Positions 41,273 through 52,321 are shown, counted from the first letter of the stretch. The stretch is DNA of 64,000 bases from Bdellovibrionales bacterium (GCA_020630675.1 JAHDIR010000005.1:7178-71177); one strand, 5' to 3'. Numbers and translations: made by a program. The notes: a model not told the origin generated them from the sequence alone.

Positions 41273-42955
41273 TTAATATGGTGATTCATATCTCACCCCC
41301 ACTTGACTCGAAGGAGCAAAGTCCCAAGGTGGAGCCCCTTTAAACATTCCAGGCATTGACTTCACTCCAGATTGTCCTGAAGCCCCAACTCTAAAATCGT
41401 TTAAAATTCCATAATTTCGATTGCCAAGGTATTCATTGGTCCAAACATTCTCAAAAGAGTACTTATCAGCCCCTAAAGAAAAAATTAAAGCAGCCCCTCT
41501 GTCATATCTGTCATCTGTGGCATAACGCTTATCATATGAATGATAGTAATTTCTCATTTTTAAATTTGTTAAATTGAGGCCATTGTACCTTTGTATAGAA
41601 ATTCCATTACCACTCATAAGGTAAACAATATTTTCTAGAGTGACAGTTCCGATATTTTCGTTTCCTTGAACCTGTAAAAAGTCACCATGTATTCCATCAC
41701 CAATTCCTCTATGGTCATTATCAAGACTTTCTACTCCCACACATCGCGTGTTTACCGCCTTAAAATGCCTCTGCTTAACAAACTTATTCAAAGTTGAACG
41801 CGAGGGACGTATTTGCCCATTACTGTCTCGGTATAGACCTTTCTTATCTTCAGCATTTAAACTATTACGAACAACAAAGCAATCTGCTTCCATTCCGTTT
41901 ATATCAATGTCTACCCCTTCAATAAATGAAGTTTGTTCCTGCTCTAAACGTATAGCAATCCCCCCAGGTAATCGCGGATGAATGTTTTTAAAATTTCGAC
42001 CATCAACAGTTTTTTTGGCGGGGTCAGGTTTATTTGGGTAATTATTTGCCTCACCAACATCACAGCCCGATTGAATCACTAGTTTTAAATCTAAACCAAC
42101 AACATGAACATTTCTTCCTCCGGTGATCCAAACTGGATATTTTAATGGGCCTGAGTCTTTAGACATAGTAATTTTAGCATCGCGGCCAGCTGGAACTTTT
42201 ATATAGTAACGTTTACCTTCGCACCCTAGCTGGTTAAAGTCGCTCACATGATTAGTTTCAGATTTATCTGATAAAACCACAGTCATAGGGTTTACTAACA
42301 CAGGTGGCTTAACTGTCATATCCCAGTTACCTTTGTTTGAACTTGGTGGGTTTTTAACAGAAGCTTTTGTTGAAAATGAAATTTTATAAGCGGCTCCTTT
42401 TATGCCTTTTCTTTCTTTTTCTGTAAAAGCGTAAGCTTCAATTTCGTAATTGCGGCTTTGGTCAAATTTAAAGTTTTCGGCAGAAGTAAAAGGCGCTTCA
42501 CTATCAATATCCGAAAATCCATTGGTTTGAATTCTTGTACTTTCAACATTTTCATTGGTTATCATTTCAATGACAACAGGGCCTTCATCAAAAAAATCAG
42601 GATCAATCACTGCATTTTCTTTTAATATAATAAATTTTTCCGGCTGCTCCCATTGAAAAAGCTTGAGGCTAGTTATAACAGGCTGATTAGATACTTCTGG
42701 AACTGGTTCTACTGTGGGATCCAACTCTGTTGGTGAAGACATCGAAGGTGCAGGAGTGCTCTCGGAAACCTGAGGAGCTTCTGTGTTGCTAGTAGATTCT
42801 TCACTTCGGTTTTGATCGATCAAAGGGTCTGTTGGCTTCAGCTCTGAATTAAATGAATTGAGACTTTCGGCATTAAAGTTGCCACAGTTTTGAAAGCTCA
42901 AGATCAATAATAGCAGTGGGAATATTAGTAAATATTTATTTAATAATCGGCTCAT
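41273..42955 (-). CDS. FQNC-type lipoprotein with probable beta-helix (pectin-lyase-like) domain
   Basis: LSFQNC, S/P/E linker, ITGGRNVHVVG, IHGDFLQ; ATG 42955 follows AAGGGG SD. Confidence 0.6.
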   Translation of the reverse strand: MSRLLNKYLLIFPLLLLILSFQNCGNFNAESLNSFNSELKPTDPLIDQNRSEESTSNTEAPQVSESTPAPSMSSPTELDPTVEPVPEVSNQPVITSLKLFQWEQPEKFIILKENAVIDPDFFDEGPVVIEMITNENVESTRIQTNGFSDIDSEAPFTSAENFKFDQSRNYEIEAYAFTEKERKGIKGAAYKISFSTKASVKNPPSSNKGNWDMTVKPPVLVNPMTVVLSDKSETNHVSDFNQLGCEGKRYYIKVPAGRDAKITMSKDSGPLKYPVWITGGRNVHVVGLDLKLVIQSGCDVGEANNYPNKPDPAKKTVDGRNFKNIHPRLPGGIAIRLEQEQTSFIEGVDIDINGMEADCFVVRNSLNAEDKKGLYRDSNGQIRPSRSTLNKFVKQRHFKAVNTRCVGVESLDNDHRGIGDGIHGDFLQVQGNENIGTVTLENIVYLMSGNGISIQRYNGLNLTNLKMRNYYHSYDKRYATDDRYDRGAALIFSLGADKYSFENVWTNEYLGNRNYGILNDFRVGASGQSGVKSMPGMFKGAPPWDFAPSSQVGVRYESPY

Positions 42956-42984
42956 TAAAATCCCCTTCAACTAAAATAAAAAAC

Positions 42985-43000
42985 TGCAAGTTATAGGCCA
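42985..43000 (-). promoter_or_regulatory. sigma54-like promoter
   Basis: Minus strand TGGCCTATAACTTGCA, GG-N10-GC. Confidence 0.7.
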
Positions 43001-43168
43001 TAAAGAATGCCTAAATGAGGATATAGATACTGTAAGTATCTGATTTAAAAATTTAATGTGTTTAAGGATGAGACATATTCTATTCACACTGCCTGATATT
43101 TTGACTGTGTACAAAACTACTTCACTTCATTACTCTTCTTAATTTTTAGAGACTTTGTGTACCCCTTA

Positions 43169-46100
43169 TTATTTTTTGACATAATTCACATCAATATTAC
43201 GAATGCTACAGTTGGAAGTTTGCTGAGAATTGGTTTTTAAAAAAGATTTAATATGTAAGGCTCCAGGAGCAAATTGTTCTGAATACTTCAATATATTATT
43301 TTCTAAATCCCCTTTGGTTGAACGATGTTCAGGCTGAGTTGCCGGCACCCAGGCACCTTCACTGTAGTAGAAATAATTACTTCCATCTGGGCTTAGCTGA
43401 AAACTCACGCAGTCGTCAGCTGCGGCAGCAATAGAAATTAGGCGAGAATAGTTGATCACTTCAGTCGGTTTAACCTCCTGTATGCCTCCAAAATATTTTT
43501 CTTGTTCACTGGTATTTAAGTTTACAGATGTGAGCTCAGGAAAGCATGGGCTACCACTACAAGCTAAATTTTCATCGGCTTCTAAATAAACACGGTACTT
43601 GAAAAAAGGGTTGGCATTAGGCCTTGCACTCAACGGTAAATTGTCAAAATTAATCACAGGTACAGTTGGTTTTGGTCCTGCGCTTAAAGTAATTTCATCA
43701 TTTACGCATATATTTCCATTGCTGTCAGAAGTATTGTTTCCACAATTAAAAAGTGTGTCCGTACCTTTTCGGTGAAAAGCTTCTGAGTAGTAGGTGGTGC
43801 CATCACCTCCAGGACCAATAAATATTGCCTTATGAGAGTCCTCAAAATCTACAGCGTTTACAATTGTGTCGCCATCACAGTCATTGGCATTTCCTTCAGG
43901 AGAGGAACTATAGCTTTTACATTGGCAATTAGAGTCAATGCAGCTTTTCACTTGCAGCTTAACTCTGTTAGCCCCACGACGATAAAGCTGTTGAACTTCG
44001 TTCACTGATAAAGCTCTTGACCAAAAACTAAACTCATCGATTTTACCCGGAAAAAAGTTATCTGAGCCACCAACCCATAAATTATTTTGGCTGACTGGAG
44101 TAAAGGAGCTACACGAAGATGACGAAGCCACCTCAACACCATCTATATATATTTTGAATAAGGTTCCATCAAAGGAAGTCACTATATAGGTCCAGCGTCC
44201 TGAACTTATTGCGTTTGTTTTTACAACCCCACATTGGCCTGTACCATGACCAAAGTAAGCTGAAATGGTGTTTTCATTGTTTATGTAAATGGTTGGCGGA
44301 CGCTGGCTTATACCATCAAGATTATAACCCAAGATTGAGTGGTAGTTGATATCATTGACTTCAGAAAACACCCACAAGGCCTGCGTAAACTGCCCCGAGC
44401 CACTAATATCTAAAGCAGAGTCATTAAAAGCTATATGTGATGAAATACCATCAAAACGGGCTGAATTTAAAAAGTGTCCATCCTGTCCAAAAACAACCGA
44501 GCCAACAGGCGTACCATGCGCATTATTTCCTGATGTATCAATGACAGAGCTTGCCCCCGTTGTTCCAATATTTTCATTGAGCGACCAATAGCCGATTAAA
44601 CCTGCGGCCAAGCTTTCGTTAATATTTGAATAATCCAAAGAACTTTCACTGTCTGCAATCCCATCAGTATCAAAATCACCCACTAAACCTTTACCAAAAG
44701 GTAAAGTCGTAGACCAACTTAAATCTGGCCATTGAGAGCTGGTACTTCCTAAAGAAATGACTTCTGAGTCTATATGGCTGACATACTTTTGCTTTTGACG
44801 ATGAAAAATTAAACTGACTTCAGAAGGGCTTAGAGCTTCTTCCCATATAACAAAATCATCTAACTCTCCCTCAAAGCTAGCAATGGCACCACTGGTAAAA
44901 TTAAGAGCTGTGACCCCTCCAGGAATGGATGATACATCTGTTCCTGTCCCCGTTAGTTTTCCATCTATGTACATAAAAAGTTGGCCTGACTTGGCCACAG
45001 CAACTATGTGATGAAAGCTTCCGTCGTTAATGGGCGTAGTCCCAACTACAGAGGCGCTTGTAGTTCCGTTATATCTTGCAAACCAAAGCGTTCCTGGGCT
45101 TGCCGCTGTTTGATTAAAATAAAAAAATCGAGCAAGATAAGCTGGGCTAGCTGCAGTCACAGTACCAAGAATGTTATGGTCAAGGCCTATTTCACTTTGA
45201 ATGAGTGCCGGCTTTAGCCATAAAGAAACTGTCATATCAGAATTTAAATCTAATGCACTTAAACTTCCAGAAATAGAGGTATCTAAAACAGTATCTCCAA
45301 TACCATCAAAAGTTCCTGATAGCCCCCCTACTTTTGCTTCGTTTACAAATGTTGAATCTCCAGAAATTGTAAGGTGATTTTCATTTCCAGATGAGTCATG
45401 CCAATGCCCATCCATCGTCCAGTGGCCGACGATGCTGTTGTATCTGGGCGACCATTCAGGCCTATGATCATTCATTTTTAATGATTGTTGATTATACAAA
45501 AGCTTTACTTCTTGGGCTGTAAGAGGAACATCAAAAATGGCTAACTCATCAATAAAGCCATTAAAAGAAAAAACTCCATTGGCTCCGACTGCACCAATGA
45601 CAAAAGGTGCCGTCGTAATTGCCGGCAGTTCTGTATAAGAATCTTGCGCAACTAATGTGCCGTTAATATAAAGTTTAAGTTCATTATCGCTATCGATTAC
45701 ACAAGCTAAATGATACCAAACATCGTTTTGTAGAGAAAGTTTAGTAACCGTTAACTCCCCCGGAACACTTGGCTGTGCCATACTACAACGAACTCCTGCA
45801 GGCTCACCATTTTCAACTCTAATGTAAATTGAGTCATTGTTATAACTAAAGCCTTTTCGTGTGATATAGCCATAAGTTCCAGAACTATCCCCCATTTTTT
45901 TAACCCAAGCACTGATTGTCTTAACTTTATCAGATGCTAAATCACTAACTGAGGTGGTACTAATATTATCTAACGTTCCATCGAGAGCTAAAGAGTGACT
46001 GCCTAGGTGACTAACTAACGAGTTTGCTGCATCTGCAAATGTATCCATTGGACGACTTAAATTTTGACTATCTATAACACCACTATCAAAACGCCAATAA

Positions 46101-46456
46101 GCTAATAGTTGGCCAGCCTGTTGAGGTAAAATTTGTCTGACATCATGTTCTGACGAATTTTTATCATATTGAATTGAAACAAAATTTTGATTTAAACTCA
46201 TTCCAGGTTGAGAAAGACTATTTAATTCAGACGAATCAAAGTTTAAATCTATAGGCTTTAGTTGGGCTTGACCATTTTTTATTTCCACATAATTTTCATT
46301 AAAAGTTAGTTTTGATGAGCTTGAATAGTCCCAGGTTGGATTAAATAAAGAACTTTCTTCAATAACTGTATGTTCGTAACTACAGGAGCTCATCAAAGAT
46401 AAAATGAACAGTTTGAAAATTATAATTGGAGCGTAAAAGTAAAAACCTTTATTCAT
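43169..46456 (-). CDS. Multi-LamG-domain lipoprotein, paralog 4
   Basis: 1095 aa; lipobox MSSC; same scaffold blocks. Confidence 0.9.
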   Translation of the reverse strand: MNKGFYFYAPIIIFKLFILSLMSSCSYEHTVIEESSLFNPTWDYSSSSKLTFNENYVEIKNGQAQLKPIDLNFDSSELNSLSQPGMSLNQNFVSIQYDKNSSEHDVRQILPQQAGQLLAYWRFDSGVIDSQNLSRPMDTFADAANSLVSHLGSHSLALDGTLDNISTTSVSDLASDKVKTISAWVKKMGDSSGTYGYITRKGFSYNNDSIYIRVENGEPAGVRCSMAQPSVPGELTVTKLSLQNDVWYHLACVIDSDNELKLYINGTLVAQDSYTELPAITTAPFVIGAVGANGVFSFNGFIDELAIFDVPLTAQEVKLLYNQQSLKMNDHRPEWSPRYNSIVGHWTMDGHWHDSSGNENHLTISGDSTFVNEAKVGGLSGTFDGIGDTVLDTSISGSLSALDLNSDMTVSLWLKPALIQSEIGLDHNILGTVTAASPAYLARFFYFNQTAASPGTLWFARYNGTTSASVVGTTPINDGSFHHIVAVAKSGQLFMYIDGKLTGTGTDVSSIPGGVTALNFTSGAIASFEGELDDFVIWEEALSPSEVSLIFHRQKQKYVSHIDSEVISLGSTSSQWPDLSWSTTLPFGKGLVGDFDTDGIADSESSLDYSNINESLAAGLIGYWSLNENIGTTGASSVIDTSGNNAHGTPVGSVVFGQDGHFLNSARFDGISSHIAFNDSALDISGSGQFTQALWVFSEVNDINYHSILGYNLDGISQRPPTIYINNENTISAYFGHGTGQCGVVKTNAISSGRWTYIVTSFDGTLFKIYIDGVEVASSSSCSSFTPVSQNNLWVGGSDNFFPGKIDEFSFWSRALSVNEVQQLYRRGANRVKLQVKSCIDSNCQCKSYSSSPEGNANDCDGDTIVNAVDFEDSHKAIFIGPGGDGTTYYSEAFHRKGTDTLFNCGNNTSDSNGNICVNDEITLSAGPKPTVPVINFDNLPLSARPNANPFFKYRVYLEADENLACSGSPCFPELTSVNLNTSEQEKYFGGIQEVKPTEVINYSRLISIAAAADDCVSFQLSPDGSNYFYYSEGAWVPATQPEHRSTKGDLENNILKYSEQFAPGALHIKSFLKTNSQQTSNCSIRNIDVNYVKK
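43749..43769 (-). repeat. Dispersed repeat embedded in-frame in LamG paralog 4
   Basis: Same 21-mer at the homologous position as in paralog 3. Confidence 0.9.
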
Positions 46457-46463
46457 ATGCTTC

Positions 46464-46491
46464 TTATCGACATAAGTAATGAAAACTATTA
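46464..46491 (-). promoter_or_regulatory. sigma28/FliA-like promoter of LamG paralog 4
   Basis: TAATAG-N14-GTCGATAA, 7 nt before ATG 46456, no SD. Confidence 0.6.
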
Positions 46492-46640
46492 GAAGTTATT
46501 AAAAATAATTTTACATTTTTTTGTATCAATAACGAACATTGATTAGCTGATCATAAGTCTTGGAAAAGGCACTGGAAATAAATATTATTACTTCAGTATT
46601 AAAGGCTTAAGCCTTAGCTTGTCATTTCAAGACAATAAAA

Positions 46641-47567
46641 CTAGCGCCTGGGTACTAAAGTAGAACATACAGGACTTAGCTGCAAACTTGAGTTTTTATC
46701 TACTGGGTTTCTGGCCCTTAGTTCTTTCATAGCCTCTTCGATCCAACTTTTATAACTTATTACTTTGATAAAATAAGAGCTGTTTATGAGTTCGCAATAA
46801 TGGCAGTTATCAGGGGGACCATCCACAAAATATTGAACTCCCAGAAGTTCATACTTTTGGCTTTCCGAATTCCATATAAAAGCGCCACTGCCACTATCTC
46901 CCCAAGAGTTACCAGATGTATTATGTTCTAAAGCAAATGTTGTATCAGATGTAAAAGGCATGGTCTTCAATTTAGTCTTTCTCAACTGATGGAGACTAGT
47001 CACTTTTTCATCTTGAGAGCCATAGCCAGCTATAGCCGCGGTAGTTCCTTCTTTGATTTCTGAGACTTCACTAAAAGTCACTGGCTGATAAACTTCGGAA
47101 ATTTCATATTGCGGATGAAGTCGATCTCTTTCTAAATTAAAATTTATTAAGGCTAAATCAGGTACGCTTAACCAGGTTGAATCAGACTCTAGCTGGCTGG
47201 AGTATCCAGGGTGGACTAATATTTGTTGCCGCTTTACTCTAAGGCCCTCATTTCTCGGAGAGGTCGATTCACTAAATCGTGTATCAAATATAATTTGTTC
47301 AATGGGATAGTCTTCATCCACACAGTGGGCGGCAGTAAGAATGGTATCTTTTGCTAAGATTAACCCACCACATACATCAAATGAATAACCGTTCTCTGAC
47401 GGCATTAGTAATAACACCGTATGACCAGCCAGAGGGTGCTCATGACTCAAAGGCGTACCATTGTAAATGGCTTTAGCTCGTGTAAAAGGTATCAAAAGAG
47501 CCAGTAAAAAAAACAACCTGTATACAAGCAAGTTTACCTTTAAATTTAAATATAGCCCTGTATTCAT
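46641..47567 (-). CDS. Secreted trypsin-like (S1) serine protease
   Basis: Mature start IYNG, CGG, LTAAHC, DLALI, GDSGS. Confidence 0.9.
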   Translation of the reverse strand: MNTGLYLNLKVNLLVYRLFFLLALLIPFTRAKAIYNGTPLSHEHPLAGHTVLLLMPSENGYSFDVCGGLILAKDTILTAAHCVDEDYPIEQIIFDTRFSESTSPRNEGLRVKRQQILVHPGYSSQLESDSTWLSVPDLALINFNLERDRLHPQYEISEVYQPVTFSEVSEIKEGTTAAIAGYGSQDEKVTSLHQLRKTKLKTMPFTSDTTFALEHNTSGNSWGDSGSGAFIWNSESQKYELLGVQYFVDGPPDNCHYCELINSSYFIKVISYKSWIEEAMKELRARNPVDKNSSLQLSPVCSTLVPRR

Positions 47568-47888
47568 TGGTTCATATTATCATAAAATTTTTTGATCAAA
47601 TATCGTCGGTTTTTTTATTGTAAATAAATCTAAGGCTGTGAATAATTTAGACAATCTATCACAGGTAAGAAGAGTGAGGCTTCAGCTTGTAATATTGCCC
47701 TCCTTATTCTTAATGTAAAATTTAGCTAGTTTTAGCTATAAACTTTACATTCAAAGGCTCTCCATATTGTTAGTTGAGCGGTCAGAATATAGTTATAACC
47801 TTTAATTGACTACAGCTCTTTTCCTCACACCTTCGTACTTAATTTGTTCGTACTTAAACGGGCTTGTTACCCTTAAAAAAGAGCTACA

Positions 47889-50237
47889 ATGATAACCCTT
47901 CTGTTGAACAACAGTTCAATAGACCTCAGCTCTAAAAAAAGGCTTTTTATGTCTGTAACTTCTCTCCCTTATCAATCAATTTTTTTAAAACTTCTTTTTA
48001 TTTTACTCCTTAGTTTTTTTACTTCTCAGAATTTGTTTGCTTACACCCAATGCATAGATGTTGATGGCAATGGCCTAGGTACTTTTGAATCTAATGGTGA
48101 ACTCTGCCGAATCAATCCTCGCTTTGATATTCAAGTGCGTCTAAATTTACTGAACGACTTAAACGCTTTTGATCAAATTGCCTACCAAGTCATTCAGCCT
48201 GAGTGCCTTACAGTAGGTGATTATACATTTGATACTGGATGCTTTCATAGAGCTTATTCAGACAATGCTGAATATAATGAATTTGCCATTAAAAATAATA
48301 TTTCTACAACGGCCTTGCTTACAAAGTTTTACCCAGCTGGCAATAATGATAACCCTTGGGATAAGCTTGTTGTTATTGTTGGCCCTTTTAATTCTACTGG
48401 TTTTATGACTGTTGACCAAGAGGTGCAGTGGTTACTTTCTCAGTCTCAAGGCACTCACCTACACACCTTACTAAGTTACTTTCACGTAGAAGGCTTTTCA
48501 GTTTTATATGTTGCAAGCAACCACCCCTCAACCAACTTATTACCAGCTAGAGATAAAAGTAGAGCTTTAGCTCATATATTACAAAAAGTTAGAATAATAC
48601 GTAGTACAGAAAAAACAAGCGCTCAAGAACCTGTTAAAATTATGGGGTTAAGCTTAGGGGGAGTGTTATCTCGCCTTGCTCTTGTTAGTATGGAGAATTC
48701 CCAGCGAATACATGATGTTGATTTATACTTTTCTGTTGATGCTCCCCATAAGGGCGCGCACATCCCGGCGTCTATACAATACTTGGCCACTTTTTTAGAA
48801 AACTCTTTTAGATATGCCTCAAATAAAACAGAAGTGTCTGGGCTATTTAATTTTGCATTTCCATTTTCTAGTTTATTTAATTTGATCTTCAAAGGTCTTG
48901 TCACCGATGGTGCTCAAGCTTTTAGTCAAGCTTACAACGCCGCTTCCTTAGCTCGTTTTCAATCTTTAGGCAGTGTTCCCACCAAAGAGCTCTTGGCTTT
49001 TCATATAGATCATGCTGACACTAGTTTTTTTAGCCCTGAATACTTAAGGTTTCTTAACTTAGGTTTTAGTCTTCCTGCCAGAACCAAAGCTAATATAGCC
49101 GTAACAAACGCTTCTATTACAGGGCAAACCAACAATGCCCCCAAGCAATATATGTCTATTATAACGACAGAAAAAAAATCAACTCGACTGTCTTTTACCA
49201 CTCGAGCCGATACACCCGGCGCTACCATTTTTGAAGGAAAGCTCTCTTTTCCTAATCGTAATACCCTTTTCTTGAGTGATCGAGAGTACTTTGAAAAAAT
49301 AACTCTTGGTAACAACCATAGAAGTCATGACTCTGTTCCTTGTTCAACAACAGATAATGTGGTTGATACCATTAGTGATGAGTTAGATGGTGTGATTCAA
49401 AATTTTTGGCCCAGCTCTGTGGAGATTCATCATAATGAGACTTGCTTTGTTCCTTTAGGAAGTTCAATTTTTTCTTCCGTCAACTTTGCTAACTCTAACC
49501 CAGAAATGTCTGACCTGAGCCGTTCACCCTTTGATGAAATTATTGGAACCTCAAGGAACACTCCACATTTATCCTTTGAATTACAAATTGTGAATGGAAT
49601 CATTGATCAATTTAAGAGGCATCGCCCTCAAAGCCAAGAAGTGATCACTCATGTTCCTGTTGGGCTTTTAGTTGAAAATACCGTTTACAAAATTGGCGGA
49701 AGGCATATGACTTATCGCTTTGAAAATAGCTGTATACACCCCAATAGTGAAGTGCCCGTTGAAAGCAATAATAATTTAGACAGGATAGGAGAGCTGGCTT
49801 CTCCTGTGCGCTTTCAAGCTTTGAAAGAAGAGTTAAACTTAGCTTATAAATTCAAACGAGAAGGTGACTGTTTAACTACGACACCGGTTACAGATTCATC
49901 CAATAACACAAACTTTGACCCATTGGCTGGTCGGCGCCCAGCTCCTACTGATATTCAGTTGAATGCAAAAGAATTTGGGCTTATACTTCGCGGAGAAACC
50001 TACTACTTAAAAGGTGTAAACGTAGTGGTTGGAGAGCCTGTAACAGATTCTGAATTTATCTCTTTTGATGATCCTCTAAGAATAAGTTGTCTTTTAAATA
50101 ACAATGACCAACCTGTCACTGCTATTAATGATTTAGACCTTCAAGGCCCCGAAGACTCTCGCTATAAAGGGGTTAAAAATATCCTTGATCAAATATATAG
50201 CCGAAATTTCGGACGCTACTGTTCTAATCAAAGATAA
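47889..50237 (+). CDS. Secreted alpha/beta-hydrolase (lipase/esterase-like) with unassigned C-terminal region
   Basis: GLSLGG elbow, SVDAPHKGA.IP; the real start may be ATG 47949. Confidence 0.7.
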   Translation: MITLLLNNSSIDLSSKKRLFMSVTSLPYQSIFLKLLFILLLSFFTSQNLFAYTQCIDVDGNGLGTFESNGELCRINPRFDIQVRLNLLNDLNAFDQIAYQVIQPECLTVGDYTFDTGCFHRAYSDNAEYNEFAIKNNISTTALLTKFYPAGNNDNPWDKLVVIVGPFNSTGFMTVDQEVQWLLSQSQGTHLHTLLSYFHVEGFSVLYVASNHPSTNLLPARDKSRALAHILQKVRIIRSTEKTSAQEPVKIMGLSLGGVLSRLALVSMENSQRIHDVDLYFSVDAPHKGAHIPASIQYLATFLENSFRYASNKTEVSGLFNFAFPFSSLFNLIFKGLVTDGAQAFSQAYNAASLARFQSLGSVPTKELLAFHIDHADTSFFSPEYLRFLNLGFSLPARTKANIAVTNASITGQTNNAPKQYMSIITTEKKSTRLSFTTRADTPGATIFEGKLSFPNRNTLFLSDREYFEKITLGNNHRSHDSVPCSTTDNVVDTISDELDGVIQNFWPSSVEIHHNETCFVPLGSSIFSSVNFANSNPEMSDLSRSPFDEIIGTSRNTPHLSFELQIVNGIIDQFKRHRPQSQEVITHVPVGLLVENTVYKIGGRHMTYRFENSCIHPNSEVPVESNNNLDRIGELASPVRFQALKEELNLAYKFKREGDCLTTTPVTDSSNNTNFDPLAGRRPAPTDIQLNAKEFGLILRGETYYLKGVNVVVGEPVTDSEFISFDDPLRISCLLNNNDQPVTAINDLDLQGPEDSRYKGVKNILDQIYSRNFGRYCSNQR

Positions 50238-50252
50238 ATAACAAATATTAAT

Positions 50253-50287
50253 GGCAGACAGCTCTTAAAAAATAAGAGCTGTTCGCC
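50253..50287. terminator. Hairpin between convergent genes
   Basis: ACAGCTCTTA / TAAGAGCTGT 10-bp stem with outer GGC/GCC. Confidence 0.6.
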
Positions 50288-50293
50288 TAACCA

Positions 50294-52321
50294 CTAACGA
50301 CTAAAGTCTAAAGAGTACTGACTCCAAAGCCCTTCACCTACATAGGCCCCTTGTCCCGAAATTTTTTGAGATTGATCGTTAGTCAATTGACATAAATTTC
50401 CTTTTAAAACTTGAAAGCGAGTAAACCCAGTGGATTCATTAATTTGCTTGCGATTAGCCCACACCCCATCAAATAAGTTATCACAATAAACCTGAGTTAA
50501 GCCATTAAATCGTACACGCGCCTCTTCAAATTTCTCCCCCGGAATTCCAAAAATGGATTGGTCTAAACTGCCGACAAACTGATTACCAGAAGCAAACCAA
50601 TACTTTAAATGCTTTAAACCAGTTAAATCAAAACTGGTTATATAGGCACCCGTATAATCAATATTAAATTCATTCATTTTTGTAGGCAGTAAATCTTGGG
50701 GCTTATGAGGTTGACCGCCAAAATCAACGCCAGGAGCTAAGAATTTTTGCAAAGAAACTAATGCCGTCCAATCGGGAAACTTATAAGGACCTGTTGTATT
50801 GCTGAATGGATTATTGCTTATATTAAAATATCGCAAATGTAAATTCTTAGAAGGGTCTGGAAAATTATCTATATCTAATAAATTATTCCTGACATTAAAA
50901 CTTGTTAATGCCAATAAAGACCTAATTTGAGGAATGTATCCCTGCACCAAACTGTCTGTTAACCGAAAATGAATTAAGGTTTGAGGCGCATTTTCTAACC
51001 AATTACTGTTAAGAACTCCAGTAATTGGCCCACTCAATGAAATAGAGGTTAATGACAGAGGCCAAGACTTATTCCAGTCATGTGATATATCTAAATAACA
51101 AGAATTATGAGTTATATCAAAGTACTTGAGCATGGGCGAAGAACCAATTTGGGGTACAGAATTGCCTCGGCAATTTTCTAGTTTCATGGCAGATCTCGAA
51201 ACTTGAAATTGCGTTAGAGTTTGACTTTTTATTTCTTCTGGAAAATTTACCTTCAGATTAACACCAAGTAATCGATAGTAAGTGATATCAGAAGTAAACT
51301 TAGCTATATCCATAGCTTCACCAGAAATATTCTTACAAAACAAACCACTACAATACAGATCATAGTAAATGATTGAACGATAACAAGAGGGCCCCATCAC
51401 AGGATGTTTTAATGGATTGGTAAATTCGCTAGATGTATAAAATCGATAATTTTTTAATTTTTCACCATGACATTTAATATCCTTAGGTAATGAAAGTAAT
51501 TGGGAATTATAAAAAAGTTGATAGCTCTCTAGGGCAGGAAATTGGTCTGGGTCAGGAGCATCACCCGACAAACCATATGGATTAACTTTTGAACTCTTAT
51601 TATTCACATATAAATAACTTAAATTTTTATAGCCTCCTGTCACTGGAAATAAGTTTTGCACGGGAGCTATAACTAAGTTTTCTTCATGCCCTAACTTCTT
51701 GCTTGCAGCCCAAAAAACTCTTTCAATTTCTTCTGGGCAATGTTTTACGGTCACTTTATAAGGATAATTTTTGTTTAAATAATAATAAGAAACATTTTTT
51801 GATAGTTTAACGTCAGGAGAACCATCCCCAAAGTTCCAAATGGGAATTTGTTGAGCGCTGGGTGTACTTTCAAAACTAAAACGTGAAAAATTAGAATAAG
51901 CATCAAATTGAGCAACAGCGCGGCAGTTTTGTACTTTTCGAACCACCTTAACTTTTTTAAATCTCAACTTGGGTGAGTGCGTAATTTTTATTTCCGAAAT
52001 ACTCATATCTGTTTCGGGACCATTAGAGAAGTCTAAACTGACCTTCCAAGTTTGGTTTTTTAAACAATCAACCTTAACAGTCGTTCCAACAAACTTCCCT
52101 TCAATTAAAATATTTTTAAAACCAGGGTGAGAGCAATAACCTGAAACTTTAAAGTTGGATTGGTTGTCAAAAACAATTTTTTCATTAGAACTGACCGTGA
52201 CATGAGCTGAACCATTGCCCTTTAAAAAGGGGCGATTTAAACCTTCTAAGCTGGCAAATGCCGATAAACTTAGTCCTAATAATGAAACTAAAATTAAAAA
52301 ATAATGAATTAAATAAAACAT
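50294..52321 (-). CDS. Secreted protein with PKD-like motif and C-terminal leucine-rich repeats
   Basis: WNFGDGSP...Y.VTV; LTSISLSG, LTSFNVRNN, LRYFNISNN, LKYWFASGNQFVG. Confidence 0.7.
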   Translation of the reverse strand: MFYLIHYFLILVSLLGLSLSAFASLEGLNRPFLKGNGSAHVTVSSNEKIVFDNQSNFKVSGYCSHPGFKNILIEGKFVGTTVKVDCLKNQTWKVSLDFSNGPETDMSISEIKITHSPKLRFKKVKVVRKVQNCRAVAQFDAYSNFSRFSFESTPSAQQIPIWNFGDGSPDVKLSKNVSYYYLNKNYPYKVTVKHCPEEIERVFWAASKKLGHEENLVIAPVQNLFPVTGGYKNLSYLYVNNKSSKVNPYGLSGDAPDPDQFPALESYQLFYNSQLLSLPKDIKCHGEKLKNYRFYTSSEFTNPLKHPVMGPSCYRSIIYYDLYCSGLFCKNISGEAMDIAKFTSDITYYRLLGVNLKVNFPEEIKSQTLTQFQVSRSAMKLENCRGNSVPQIGSSPMLKYFDITHNSCYLDISHDWNKSWPLSLTSISLSGPITGVLNSNWLENAPQTLIHFRLTDSLVQGYIPQIRSLLALTSFNVRNNLLDIDNFPDPSKNLHLRYFNISNNPFSNTTGPYKFPDWTALVSLQKFLAPGVDFGGQPHKPQDLLPTKMNEFNIDYTGAYITSFDLTGLKHLKYWFASGNQFVGSLDQSIFGIPGEKFEEARVRFNGLTQVYCDNLFDGVWANRKQINESTGFTRFQVLKGNLCQLTNDQSQKISGQGAYVGEGLWSQYSLDFSR

